A stretch of DNA of 64,000 nucleotides from an uncultured Sulfolobales archaeon (GTDB taxonomy: Archaea; Thermoproteota; Thermoprotei_A; Sulfolobales; NBVN01), in contig CALIBI010000001.1 of NCBI GenBank assembly GCA_938045815.1, forward strand, positions 4,111-68,110, written 5' to 3'. The notes beneath the pieces are model-generated. The model saw only the letters and a list, made by a program, of their open reading frames with translations, made no database searches and was not told where the DNA came from. Made by a program: the position numbers and the translations under genes. This document shows positions 9,595 through 18,364 of the stretch, one piece after another. The number at the start of each line of letters is the position of its first letter. Position 1 is the stretch's first letter.

Positions 9595-10524
9595 TTGCTT
9601 GAAAAAAGACTTTACTTAATCATCCTGGTCTGTGTTGTTTTACTGTTGTCGGGAAGTCTAACACCCCAAGCTTCTGGTGACGTAAAATATACTTACGTTC
9701 TTTACCCTGACGGTCACGCTGACATTAAGGTTGTGTGTAATGTGACTGGAAGAGAAACTCTTGAACTCAGACTTGAGAAGGGATACATAGATATGACTAT
9801 CACTGTTTTCGCAGATAGTGGGACACCGTTACCTTACGTGTTAGAGCCTGATGGGAGGATAATCATCAACACTAGCCACCTAAACAATGTGACTATAGAG
9901 TATGAGGCAGTTGTAGGGGATGTTTTCGCTGAAGTTCAGGTCAACGTTCTCATAAGTCCGCTAGGTCCTGCAGACGTGATACTACCGCTTAATTCAGCTC
10001 TCCTATACTTTAGCGGCTCACCACAAGTATTCACGATCAGTGACCCGACAGGTAAGAATTTCTACATAGTTCTTAGTTACGATAAAGCAGGTACGTACGA
10101 GATAAGCTTTCTACTACTTCCTCGTGCAGAGACTCCTACTGAGACACCTAGTTCTCAAACAAGCCCTACACCCGAGAGTGTGGGGGTATCGACTACACTC
10201 ATTCTAATCTTAGTGGGTGTAGCAGCCGCGGCTTTACTAGGATACTTCATCATGAGGAGGAAGCTCGAGAAAGAAACCGTGATAGAGCCTCTACTAGAGC
10301 AAGGCTTTGACGAGCGGGATAAAGCGATTCTTAAAGCACTAGGTAGTGGAGAAGCTACCTTATCGGACTTAAGCAAAACAGTAAGACTCAACAAGTCTGT
10401 TGTTTGGAGAAGATTAGAGAGACTCAGAGAGCTAGGATATGTCGAGAAAGGTTATTCAAGAGGTAAGTCCGTGTATAAGCTGACACAGAAAGGACTGAAA
10501 ACCCTTAAAGATTTAGGTGATTGA
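9595..10524 (+). CDS. Membrane-tethered transcriptional regulator (extracellular domain, TM, cytoplasmic wHTH; COG2512-like)
   Basis: Signal peptide, T/P/S linker, TM, then wHTH (TLSDLSKTVRLNKSVVWRRLERLRELGYVEK). Confidence 0.8.
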   Translation: MLEKRLYLIILVCVVLLLSGSLTPQASGDVKYTYVLYPDGHADIKVVCNVTGRETLELRLEKGYIDMTITVFADSGTPLPYVLEPDGRIIINTSHLNNVTIEYEAVVGDVFAEVQVNVLISPLGPADVILPLNSALLYFSGSPQVFTISDPTGKNFYIVLSYDKAGTYEISFLLLPRAETPTETPSSQTSPTPESVGVSTTLILILVGVAAAALLGYFIMRRKLEKETVIEPLLEQGFDERDKAILKALGSGEATLSDLSKTVRLNKSVVWRRLERLRELGYVEKGYSRGKSVYKLTQKGLKTLKDLGD

Positions 10525-10533
10525 AGAGAATCT

Positions 10534-11522
10534 CTACGGGTTCCAGTTTTTCTTGGTATGCGGTCTCTCAAGCATGTCTTTTCTTCTCACTAACACTTTC
10601 GTTAAGTCATTACTCCTACTAGCTGGTTGCCCTCCTCCTAGGAGACAACCCCCTGAACACGCCCAAAAACTATCTTCTTGGGGGATCTAGCACGGTCTGA
10701 GAGAGCCTGCTTCAGATTCTTAATTTCATTAACTACTACCGCACCTTCCTCCCAACCTAATACCTAGTTCCTCAGTACTTAGTTCATTTATGAGTGACTG
10801 AAGCTCACGAGTAGTTGGTGAATTCACAAAGATTCTCCACGAGAGACGCTGTATTATGTAGATAGCGTCTTAAGGCATTCTTGGTGTGATTAGGTGTATA
10901 CTGTATTCGGGAACACTCCTACTGAGTATTGAGAACTCCACGAGAGATTCAGCCAGAATACCATTCTCCGCGATATTCTTGGCTTCACGCAGGTTTGAAT
11001 ATATGAATACCTTCGAGAAACCAATTAACCTGAGAGCAGAGATTATTTGCCCGATTCAAGATTCTCTGACCCCATAAGTGACGCTAGTGCTTCAGGCTCT
11101 ATATAGGCCGCCCTAAAGAAACCCTCACGAACCTTACCTAGCAGATCTTTTACTTTAGTTTAAAGACCTACAACTTCAACAAGACAGTGAGCAAAACAAA
11201 GTCCACAATTAACGCAACCAGCACTTTCTAGGGGTTCTTGATACGGCGTAGAAACGGTTGTATCTCTCTGAAAACGTAGTTTAGTGCTCTAACACCTACT
11301 AACGAACAAACTTCAACACACCTACCACAAACAACGCACTTAGACGTATCTATCTCGGTAAGTGACACTAATCCTAAAACTATCTCTATCGACTTTGCTG
11401 AACCTCCCGATACTAATACTGATTAGGTTGCTGCTAGCTAGATCCTCCAGTAACCTAACCAATTCGTTAGTGTTTATTGGGCACCCTCTGACGTAGTAGC
11501 CCGTCTTAACATAGTGATTTAC
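10534..11522 (-). pseudogene. Disrupted hybrid hydrogenase gene: [NiFe] small-subunit C-terminal fragment + 2x[4Fe-4S] ferredoxin + [FeFe]-hydrogenase H-domain homolog
   Basis: Manual translation across frames gives YVKTGYYVRGCPIN (11440-11522), CVVCGRCVEVC (11306-11338), CVNCGLCFAHC (11184-11216), GKIISALRLIGFSKVF, PTTREL (~10801-10818) and WACSGGCLLGGGQP (10624-10665). About 5 frameshifts plus in-frame stops at 11160-11162 and 10870-10872. Confidence 0.82.
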
Positions 11523-11976
11523 CTGTTAATCAGGTTTTCCAGAATTTCAGTAGTTATTGGTTCTACAAGTCTCAGCGTGGAGGGCATGTCTGTCTTTACG
11601 TCATCAAATATTACCTCACGTATTCTTGAGTTCGGTTCCGCTCTAAATAAACACGGAAGTACTTTCTCTAAGTCTCTCAGAAATTTTGAGTAATTCACTG
11701 TACTCAGTCCTTACCTCAACTCTAGTAACTTCCTCAACATATAATGCTATGAGTTTTCTTAGAGCTAAATCCGGCTCATCGATCTCGATTAATATGTTGA
11801 TGTTATCTAGTTCTTCCTGAGTGTGTGGCACTAAAGTTATTTTGGAGCAATCAAAAATCAGACCGACTTCATCACCGGGGTCTCACACCTATAGAGTCCG
11901 CCCACTTCTTAGGTATGACTACAGATAATGACTCTTTACCTACTAAGCCAACCTTCTTAATTATCTTCTCGGTCAC
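11519..11976 (-). pseudogene. Truncated, frameshifted AbrB/MazE-domain PhoU-type regulator
   Basis: MTEKIIKKVGLVGKESLSVVIPKKWADSIGVR / PGDEVGLIF...EPDLALRKLIALYV. Frameshifts at a C4 run (~11877-11880) and at ~11645; truncated at ~11520. Confidence 0.72.
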
Positions 11977-12067
11977 AGAGTCCAACCCAGTTAACGTTTG
12001 TTATCTGATCTTAAAGTTCTTCTTTTATTTATAAATTTCATTTACAAGATATTGTTGGTCGATAATA

Positions 12068-13282
12068 GTGAAGCAACCAACTCTTAACTATAACGTGATT
12101 CTAGATGACTTATCTGGAGAAAAAGCTTTTCAGTACATCTCGCGTGCTCGAGAATTAGCATCCAAGGGTTTTAACGTGATATCATTTGGGGTCGGTCAAC
12201 CAGACATACCTACACCTCAATTCCTAGTAGACGAAGGTAAGAAAGCTCTTGACGAGAGATTCACAGGATATACGGAGACTGAAGGAATTAAGGAATTGAG
12301 AGACGCTGTAGCAGAGTACCTCAACACACGCTACGGGAGCGACGTAAGGTCTGATGAGGTCGTGATAACTGCTGGTACTAAGGGTGCAGCATACCTAGCT
12401 ATGGCTGCTTACTTAAAGCCTAGTGACGAAATCATCGTGACAGACCCTACCTACCCAGTCTACTCTGAACTATCTAAGTTTCTCGGCGCTAGGCCTGTTT
12501 ACGCACCACTGAAATGGTTGGGTGAAGAGTCCGGATTCTCTCTAGATATAGACGCAATACATGAATTAATAACAAATAAGACTAAAGGCATAGCTATAGT
12601 TAACCCACACAATCCTACGGGAGCAGTCTTTAGTAGCAGGGAGGTAGAGAAACTTATGGACTTGGCTAGAGACTATAACCTCCTAATAATAGCTGATGAG
12701 ATCTACGATAACTTCCTCTACGAAGGAGCTGATTTCAAGTCCTTCATTAGTTTTCCTGACTGGAGAGACCACGTGCTTTATTGTAATGGGTTTTCCAAAA
12801 CTTTCTCCATGACCGGGTGGAGACTAGGCTACCTAGTCGCTAGGCGAGAAGTAACTAAAGCCCTCACTAAGCTAGCAGTGAATACCTGGTCTTGCCCACC
12901 ATCAATAGCTCAGAAAGTCGGTATTAAGGCTTTAAGAAGTGACTGGAGCTTCGTTCGAGAAATGGTGTCTTTATTTGACAAAAGAAGGATAACGTTATGC
13001 AGAGAATTAAAGCGAATTAAAGGATTTGAAGTATGGTGTGGTAAGGGAGCTTTCTACCTATTCCCGAGAATCTCGAAAATTTTAGAGGCTGCTGGATTAG
13101 GTGTGGAAACCTTCGTGACTAACTTAATGGAAGAAAAACACGTAGTAGTACTTCCCGGAACAGCTTTCCCAAAAGAATTCGGGAAAGACTTCATTAGGTT
13201 TAGTTACGCTATAAGTGAAGAAAAGATAGTAGAAGGGGTTAAGAGAATACGTGAGTTTGTAGAAGAGATAACCTCAAAATAA
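12068..13282 (+). CDS. Aspartate/aromatic aminotransferase, class I/II
   Basis: FGVGQPD, NPHNPTG, ADEIY and GFSKTFSMTGWRLGY (PLP lysine) motifs. Confidence 0.95.
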   Translation: MKQPTLNYNVILDDLSGEKAFQYISRARELASKGFNVISFGVGQPDIPTPQFLVDEGKKALDERFTGYTETEGIKELRDAVAEYLNTRYGSDVRSDEVVITAGTKGAAYLAMAAYLKPSDEIIVTDPTYPVYSELSKFLGARPVYAPLKWLGEESGFSLDIDAIHELITNKTKGIAIVNPHNPTGAVFSSREVEKLMDLARDYNLLIIADEIYDNFLYEGADFKSFISFPDWRDHVLYCNGFSKTFSMTGWRLGYLVARREVTKALTKLAVNTWSCPPSIAQKVGIKALRSDWSFVREMVSLFDKRRITLCRELKRIKGFEVWCGKGAFYLFPRISKILEAAGLGVETFVTNLMEEKHVVVLPGTAFPKEFGKDFIRFSYAISEEKIVEGVKRIREFVEEITSK

Positions 13283-13320
13283 TTGATAGAATTAATAAGT
13301 AGATACTTAACTTAATCTAT

Positions 13321-13384
13321 TTTTGGATGAAGAAAGCCAGGTGCTACGGAACCTAATGAAGAGAGAACCCCCGACTGACCAAAA
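13321..13384 (+). ncRNA. C/D-box guide sRNA
   Basis: C ATGAAGA 13327-33, 13-nt guide, D' CGGA 13347-50, C' ATGAAGA 13356-62, 12-nt guide, D CTGA 13375-78, closed by a 6-bp terminal stem TTTTGG/CCAAAA; intergenic. Confidence 0.78.
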
Positions 13385-13523
13385 TAGTTTTTAGAGCATC
13401 TCCTACCCAAGATAATCAGCGTCATTACACAGAGCCCCCACTAAGGAGGACAGCGAACGAAGGAATTCACGCCTCGCAAGCAGTAAGCAGAAACAAGTAG
13501 AACAAATTAAAGCTACTAACGCC

Positions 13524-13709
13524 CTAATAAGGACAGATTTTCCTTGGCTTAGATCTCCTGCATCTGTTTTTGTTGTTAGGATTTATGTAATAGCTTATAG
13601 CTTCTCTTATGATTTCAGACCTGTTCTTACCACTCCTAAGAGAGTAAATATCTACACACTCAATCAGTTCTTCAGGTAACCTAACAGTAATAGTTTTCAT
13701 GTGATCCAC
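13524..13709 (-). CDS. Ribbon-helix-helix (CopG-like) small DNA-binding protein
   Basis: KTITVRLPEELIECVD...GKNRSEIIREAI is a typical RHH pattern. Confidence 0.8.
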   Translation of the reverse strand: MDHMKTITVRLPEELIECVDIYSLRSGKNRSEIIREAISYYINPNNKNRCRRSKPRKICPY

Positions 13710-13846
13710 TATTAAGTAATCTCTAATGAGGGTTTAGATAAGCTAGAAGGTAAGATTTTTCCTCAGAGAGATCACCGAAAGTATCGGTTTGTAGGGTAGT
13801 TCTAGACTGCAAAGTTTATTTGATTCGTTTCTTAATTCTTATTGGT

Positions 13847-13957
13847 GCGGGGGTGCCCGAGCCAGGTCAAAGGGGGCGGGCTCAAGTCCTCCGGCATCGA
13901 GAGCGGGAGACCCGCTGGCGTAGGCCTGCGTGGGTTCGAATCCCACCCCCCGCACCA
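13847..13957 (+). tRNA. tRNA-Leu(CAA) with a 23-nt intron at 37/38 (13887-13909)
   Basis: Acceptor stem GCGGGGG/CCCCCGC, anticodon arm GCGGG-CTCAAG|A-CCCGC, long variable arm, GGTTCGAATCC, encoded CCA. Confidence 0.93.
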
Positions 13958-13982
13958 AACTAGTGAAGCGGGTTGGTAAGCG

Positions 13983-15011
13983 TTGATAATACGTGCTCTA
14001 ACCCTAACCTATGACGTGGTTCATGGTCTGAGCGAGTTGAGGAGAGACCTGGAGCTGGGCGAGAAGGCTTTAGTGGGTGAAGACCTTCCTCCCTGGACCG
14101 TCAGGGTTACGCTACCTGACGGAGCCCCTCAGGAAGTGATTGAGTGGTTGTGCGGTAGTAGGTACTTGTTCTCAGCATACCACTCCAGTGTCGGCGACGC
14201 AAGCGAGGAGTCCTTGAGGAAGGTCCTGAAGTGCGGCAACGCATTCGCAACCCTCCTCATCACCAGCCCCGACGATGTGCCTAGAGCTTCAGATCTGCTC
14301 ATGAGTCTGGTCAGCGAGTTAGGTGTTGACGTAGCCACCAGGCTGGGCTTCACCGTAGGCGACTACGTGGAAACCCCGTACTACCCCCTCTCAACACCTA
14401 GGAGGTACGGAGCCTCAGCCGCGTTAAGGTACGCGAACGACTTCCTAAGAACCCTCAAAACACAGGAGACCGTAAGGGGGGCCTACGAGGAGTTGAGGAG
14501 AAGCCTCAAGAGACTAGACGAAACACTGAGCTCAGCGCTTAAGGACATAGAAATACCGTACCTGGGGGTCGATGCTTCCCTCTCCCCGTGGATGGAGGAG
14601 TCCGTGGTCCCGATAATAGAGCACTTAAGCGGCACCCCCTTCCCAAGCACCGGCAGCGCTTGGGGGATAAGAAAACTAAACAACATACTCCAAGAACTAA
14701 GCAAAGAAATCAAGTCCACAGGATTCAACGAAGTCATGCTACCGGTAGGAGAAGACAACATTCTCATGAAGCTGGTGAGGGACGGCTCCCTGAGACTACC
14801 CCACCTCACATCCCTAACCGCCTACTGCCTAGTAGGGATCGACATGGTCGCTCTACCGGGAGGAAAGGAAACAATCGAACAAGTCCTGAAAGACGCGCTA
14901 GCAGCCCACGAGGTAAAGAAGAAACCAATAGGCGTCAGAGTCATACCATCCCCCAACAACAAGGAAATACACATAGCCAGGTTCGGAACAATACCGGTCA
15001 TCCAGACCTAA
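13983..15011 (+). CDS. DUF711/UPF0210 family protein
   Basis: GVDASLSPW, GFNEVMLPVGED and YCLVGIDMVALP motifs. Confidence 0.82.
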   Translation: MIIRALTLTYDVVHGLSELRRDLELGEKALVGEDLPPWTVRVTLPDGAPQEVIEWLCGSRYLFSAYHSSVGDASEESLRKVLKCGNAFATLLITSPDDVPRASDLLMSLVSELGVDVATRLGFTVGDYVETPYYPLSTPRRYGASAALRYANDFLRTLKTQETVRGAYEELRRSLKRLDETLSSALKDIEIPYLGVDASLSPWMEESVVPIIEHLSGTPFPSTGSAWGIRKLNNILQELSKEIKSTGFNEVMLPVGEDNILMKLVRDGSLRLPHLTSLTAYCLVGIDMVALPGGKETIEQVLKDALAAHEVKKKPIGVRVIPSPNNKEIHIARFGTIPVIQT

Positions 15012-15591
15012 ACCCGAAACACACAACCACATCAAGACCGGCTAAAACACCCACCAAACCCTCCACGACTGAAGACTCCTCAAAACCCCCTTTCCCCATA
15101 ACCTAATCTCTTCATGACCAACATACCTCCACCCAAGCCTCAGAAGTCCATGAAATATGAAATCCTCAACAACCGCTTTTCTCGCATAAAAACATCTAGC
15201 CCATTTCCTTGCAAACCCTACTATACTGTTCTTGGCTTCCCGTAGATTTCATCTATCTTTCAACAGTGACGGCATCGTTTTTAAATTAATTTCTTAAGCC
15301 TCGATAATTTAAACGATTCACTCAGTGAGAGTTTTGTAAAGTAAAGCCTTAGATGCGAGCAATAATCCCTTAGATGTCTCTCTGAATCTTAGCTATAACG
15401 TAAGCACACTCCCTTCTCCGCCCAGTCCGGGTACGTGCGCGTGCGGGTTTCGGGAATGGAGACTAGAGCGGGTGACGTCAGAGCGGTAAGCAGGAAGACC
15501 ACCCCCCAGAGTTAGGGGCTTTCTTTAATTCTTGACCCCCGTGAAGTTCCTTCACTCAAATTAGAAATGCCCACGTGGTGGGGGCGGGATA

Positions 15592-16107
15592 CTAAGCAAT
15601 TTTCTCGTGGACCTTAACGAGGGTTAGTTTCCTCTTGCAGTCGACCATGTATAGCCACAGGCCCTCACTGTTCAGCGACTCAAGCAGTTTTGCCGTGAGT
15701 TCGCTGAGTTCGTTCCTGGTGATTTGATCGTGTAAATCTTGCTCGGTGCATGAGGTGCCTACGTACTTCTTCTGGAGTAGGTATCTGCAACCTATTATGC
15801 TTCCTTCAGGGTCGAGGACGCATTGTGCCGGGGTGAAAGATGGTAGGGGTGGTAGGAAGCCTTTGTAAACCTCGACGTAGGTTCCTCGCTCACCTGTTGG
15901 TGTTAAGCCATGAGTTATCAGACCTGTGAGAGGTAAGCATTCCTTATCAATGAGTACTCCTTCTAGAGTTATTGGTTTTCCGAGAAGTTCTTTTAGTTCC
16001 TGAGGTATTTTATCGAGAAATGCTTCCACACAATGTTGAGGTAGGACGTAACTCATGAAGCTCTTGTTCAGAAAACCGAAAACCACCCTCAATTCTCCCT
16101 CACTCAT
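15592..16107 (-). CDS. Hypothetical protein overlapping the pyrH stop codon
   Basis: 171-aa ORF with a 4-nt overlap with pyrH; no family recognised. Confidence 0.6.
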   Translation of the reverse strand: MSEGELRVVFGFLNKSFMSYVLPQHCVEAFLDKIPQELKELLGKPITLEGVLIDKECLPLTGLITHGLTPTGERGTYVEVYKGFLPPLPSFTPAQCVLDPEGSIIGCRYLLQKKYVGTSCTEQDLHDQITRNELSELTAKLLESLNSEGLWLYMVDCKRKLTLVKVHEKIA

Positions 16108-16781
16108 GGAGCGACCCAGGAGCCGTAAATCTTCTCACCAGATAAAACAGACTTAAGCATGTAAGGCTTGAAAGCATTTATGAAAACCACCTTTAGTTTC
16201 GCTCTCTCAATGATCGAGAGAGCTATAGGATCCAACAACTCATACCTACCTGGTGTGTAGGACTGTGACAAAACGCTTTTTAGCTCTCCTATATTTAGCT
16301 CCTTAAGCATTCTTGCTTGAGGGTCTATTCTAGGGTCTCTCTCGTAAACTCCATCAACCGTAGTGGCGTTAATGAGTAGTTCCGCGTTAAGCAACTCAGC
16401 TAATGATGCAGCCACAGCGTTGGTGGATTGCCCTGGCTGCAAACCTCCCCCAACAGCTATTTTGTCTAGGTTCCACGCATGTATGAATTCTTCTATTCGT
16501 GTTGGTATTGGGTAGTATGCGTAATCCCCAAGTAAAGCAGAAAATAACATCGCGTTGAGTCTGGAAGCACCAATCCCTAAAATATCTTGCCATCCTATAG
16601 AAACACCAGCTTCCGAAGCCATGTTTATGTATTTCCTAGCTGTTTCGCCCCCACCAACAACAACAGCTAACTTCAGACCTTTCTTCTTGTGATCTACTAT
16701 TATCTCAGCAACCTCTATCAGAACCTTAATATTTTCCTGACTGAATAACTTTCCAGTCAGTTTAATCACAGCTCTATTCAA
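16104..16781 (-). CDS. pyrH: Uridylate kinase
   Basis: VIKLTGK, VVGGGETAR, QDILGIGASRLNA, GGGLQPGQSTNAVA, VDGVYERDP. Confidence 0.95.
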   Translation of the reverse strand: MNRAVIKLTGKLFSQENIKVLIEVAEIIVDHKKKGLKLAVVVGGGETARKYINMASEAGVSIGWQDILGIGASRLNAMLFSALLGDYAYYPIPTRIEEFIHAWNLDKIAVGGGLQPGQSTNAVAASLAELLNAELLINATTVDGVYERDPRIDPQARMLKELNIGELKSVLSQSYTPGRYELLDPIALSIIERAKLKVVFINAFKPYMLKSVLSGEKIYGSWVAP

Positions 16782-16821
16782 TCGAGATCCCCAAATAAAT
16801 TACCACCACAAAATAAAGATG

Positions 16822-17721
16822 TTAGTCAATGATTTCGTGAGAAATGCCCAAAGATCTTAACTCCTCAACTACTGTAGTTCTAGGTTCAGAACCTATCTTC
16901 CTCGATACAACTGCTTTAATCGGTGCGGGCTTACTCCTTGAGACAGACTCTCTAACTATGTGCTTGAGTTCCCCCACTTCCCGTATTTCCTTAATCGCAT
17001 ACCTAGATATTATGTGCCCGTAACACTCCCCATACTTCAGAGCTCTCTTAGTGAATCCGTCAGCATAGTGTGGTCCTCCAAAACCTACGGTAGGGATGCA
17101 GCTAACTGAAGACCTAAGTTCCCTTAACGCGTTTATCACGGACACACCAACTACCTCATGAGCTTTCTCATGAGACCATTCAACTTCTGATGACCCTATC
17201 TCAACGAACGTAAGTGGTTTCTGAAGACTAGTAGGTCCGTGATGCGTTACCTCATAAACAACCTCGAAGTCACTGAGTCTACCTACCACTAACTCACTCA
17301 ACTTTCTTAAGGTAAGGTATGAAAAGATAGGGTTTGCTATCGAGAGTTCTTTCGGTCTACCCCCCATATCAGCTGATTCGGTGGGGTTCCCAGTATGATG
17401 CACGGTTAATGACTTAATGCCTGAGCTAGCTTTATGACGCGATAAAACAACGTAGAAGCTAACGTTAGGCAACACATCATCCAGAAAATCAAGATAAATA
17501 ACATCCTCCTTAAAACCCACCAAGAAAGCGTTGAGTTCATCGAGAAACCAAGACACCACACTACCAGCTAACTGAATCTCCCTACCCTTAATAAACCTCA
17601 AAATAAAATCTGCTATACCTTTACCAGCAAGATCTTCAACACTATAAACTATGCCTACAAGACCCCCTCCATAGTCTTCATTCCGCAACCTAAGCACCAC
17701 AGCGCACCTTAAGATAAACAC
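16822..17721 (-). CDS. dtdA: Archaeal D-aminoacyl-tRNA deacylase (start uncertain, probably ~17690 or later)
   Basis: LSRHKASSG, LTVHHTGN, YEVTHHGPT, FVEIGSSEVEW, GFGGPHYA, GHIISRY. Confidence 0.92.
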   Translation of the reverse strand: MFILRCAVVLRLRNEDYGGGLVGIVYSVEDLAGKGIADFILRFIKGREIQLAGSVVSWFLDELNAFLVGFKEDVIYLDFLDDVLPNVSFYVVLSRHKASSGIKSLTVHHTGNPTESADMGGRPKELSIANPIFSYLTLRKLSELVVGRLSDFEVVYEVTHHGPTSLQKPLTFVEIGSSEVEWSHEKAHEVVGVSVINALRELRSSVSCIPTVGFGGPHYADGFTKRALKYGECYGHIISRYAIKEIREVGELKHIVRESVSRSKPAPIKAVVSRKIGSEPRTTVVEELRSLGISHEIID

Positions 17722-17867
17722 AAACTAACAAATAATTATAAAGAAAATTCCTCACCTCGTCTCGGGGTGTGTCCAGCGTTTTAGTCTTCAACCACGTATC
17801 AAACAACCTACACATCATTAAAGAGGGGGAGTGGGGGGAAGCTACACACTTATAAGCCTTAACTTCC

Positions 17868-18311
17868 ATGAAAGCTTGGTTGAGTATGAGGTACCTCATA
17901 ATAATTAGAGATTTTTTAGGGTGGGTTGCTAAGAAGACCGTGTTGTTATTAGGTCTCTTCGTTTTCTATGCTTACGGATTTCTATGGACTCTGAAGCCTC
18001 GCAAAGCAGAAACTATGAGTGAATTGCTTGATTTGTTTTACTATAAGTTTCTCAGGCTCGAGAAAAAACATGTTGAAGTTGTTAGAATTTCTGGAGATGA
18101 ATTAGTAACTATATGTAGGAACCCCTGCCCTATACTGCGGCTCACTCAGTTTCTGGGACTAGACACGAGATACACGTGTAGGCTGATTTCAGAACCTGTA
18201 TGTAGGTATGTACTCAAGCGTGTGGATCCTAAGCTAATTTTCGAGAGAAATTACGACTACATAAGGCCTTATAAAGACGGGTGTATGGAGAGAATATACT
18301 TGAAGTCTTAA
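17868..18311 (+). CDS. Cys-containing protein, ATC-hydrolase/V4R-like
   Basis: CRNPCP...C...C...RPYKDGCMERI pattern. Confidence 0.55.
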   Translation: MKAWLSMRYLIIIRDFLGWVAKKTVLLLGLFVFYAYGFLWTLKPRKAETMSELLDLFYYKFLRLEKKHVEVVRISGDELVTICRNPCPILRLTQFLGLDTRYTCRLISEPVCRYVLKRVDPKLIFERNYDYIRPYKDGCMERIYLKS

Positions 18312-18364
18312 AATCTATGTTAAAGCATTTATTTCGTGCTTCGTAGTATTTAGGGTGTGCTCTC

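Noticed and set aside
10624-10665. WACSGGC first read as a radical-SAM SPASM motif
   Set aside because: The following LLGGGQP and upstream TTREL and HydA-type ferredoxin fit the [FeFe] L3 motif better; no CxxxCxxC is present.
10886-11077. 63-aa plus-strand ORF
   Set aside because: Antisense shadow of the FeFe-like pseudogene segment.
11825-12034. 69-aa plus-strand ORF
   Set aside because: Antisense to the AbrB-like N-terminus of the pseudogene.
14588-15106. 172-aa alternative-frame ORF over DUF711
   Set aside because: Low-complexity composition expected from a GC/AC-rich overlapping frame.
15040-15590. Possible IS200/IS605 TnpB remnants (minus strand ...ARKAVVEDF...; plus strand TCACGF)
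   Set aside because: Fragments are in opposite orientations and short; no RuvC motif set or IS ends could be confirmed without a search.
13900-16100. Integrated element at tRNA-Leu
   Set aside because: No duplicated tRNA 3' end and no integrase found in the window.
17640-17721. Third near-cognate start (GTA after GGAGGGGG) for dtdA
   Set aside because: An in-frame TTG with an SD-like sequence exists just upstream, so a canonical start suffices.
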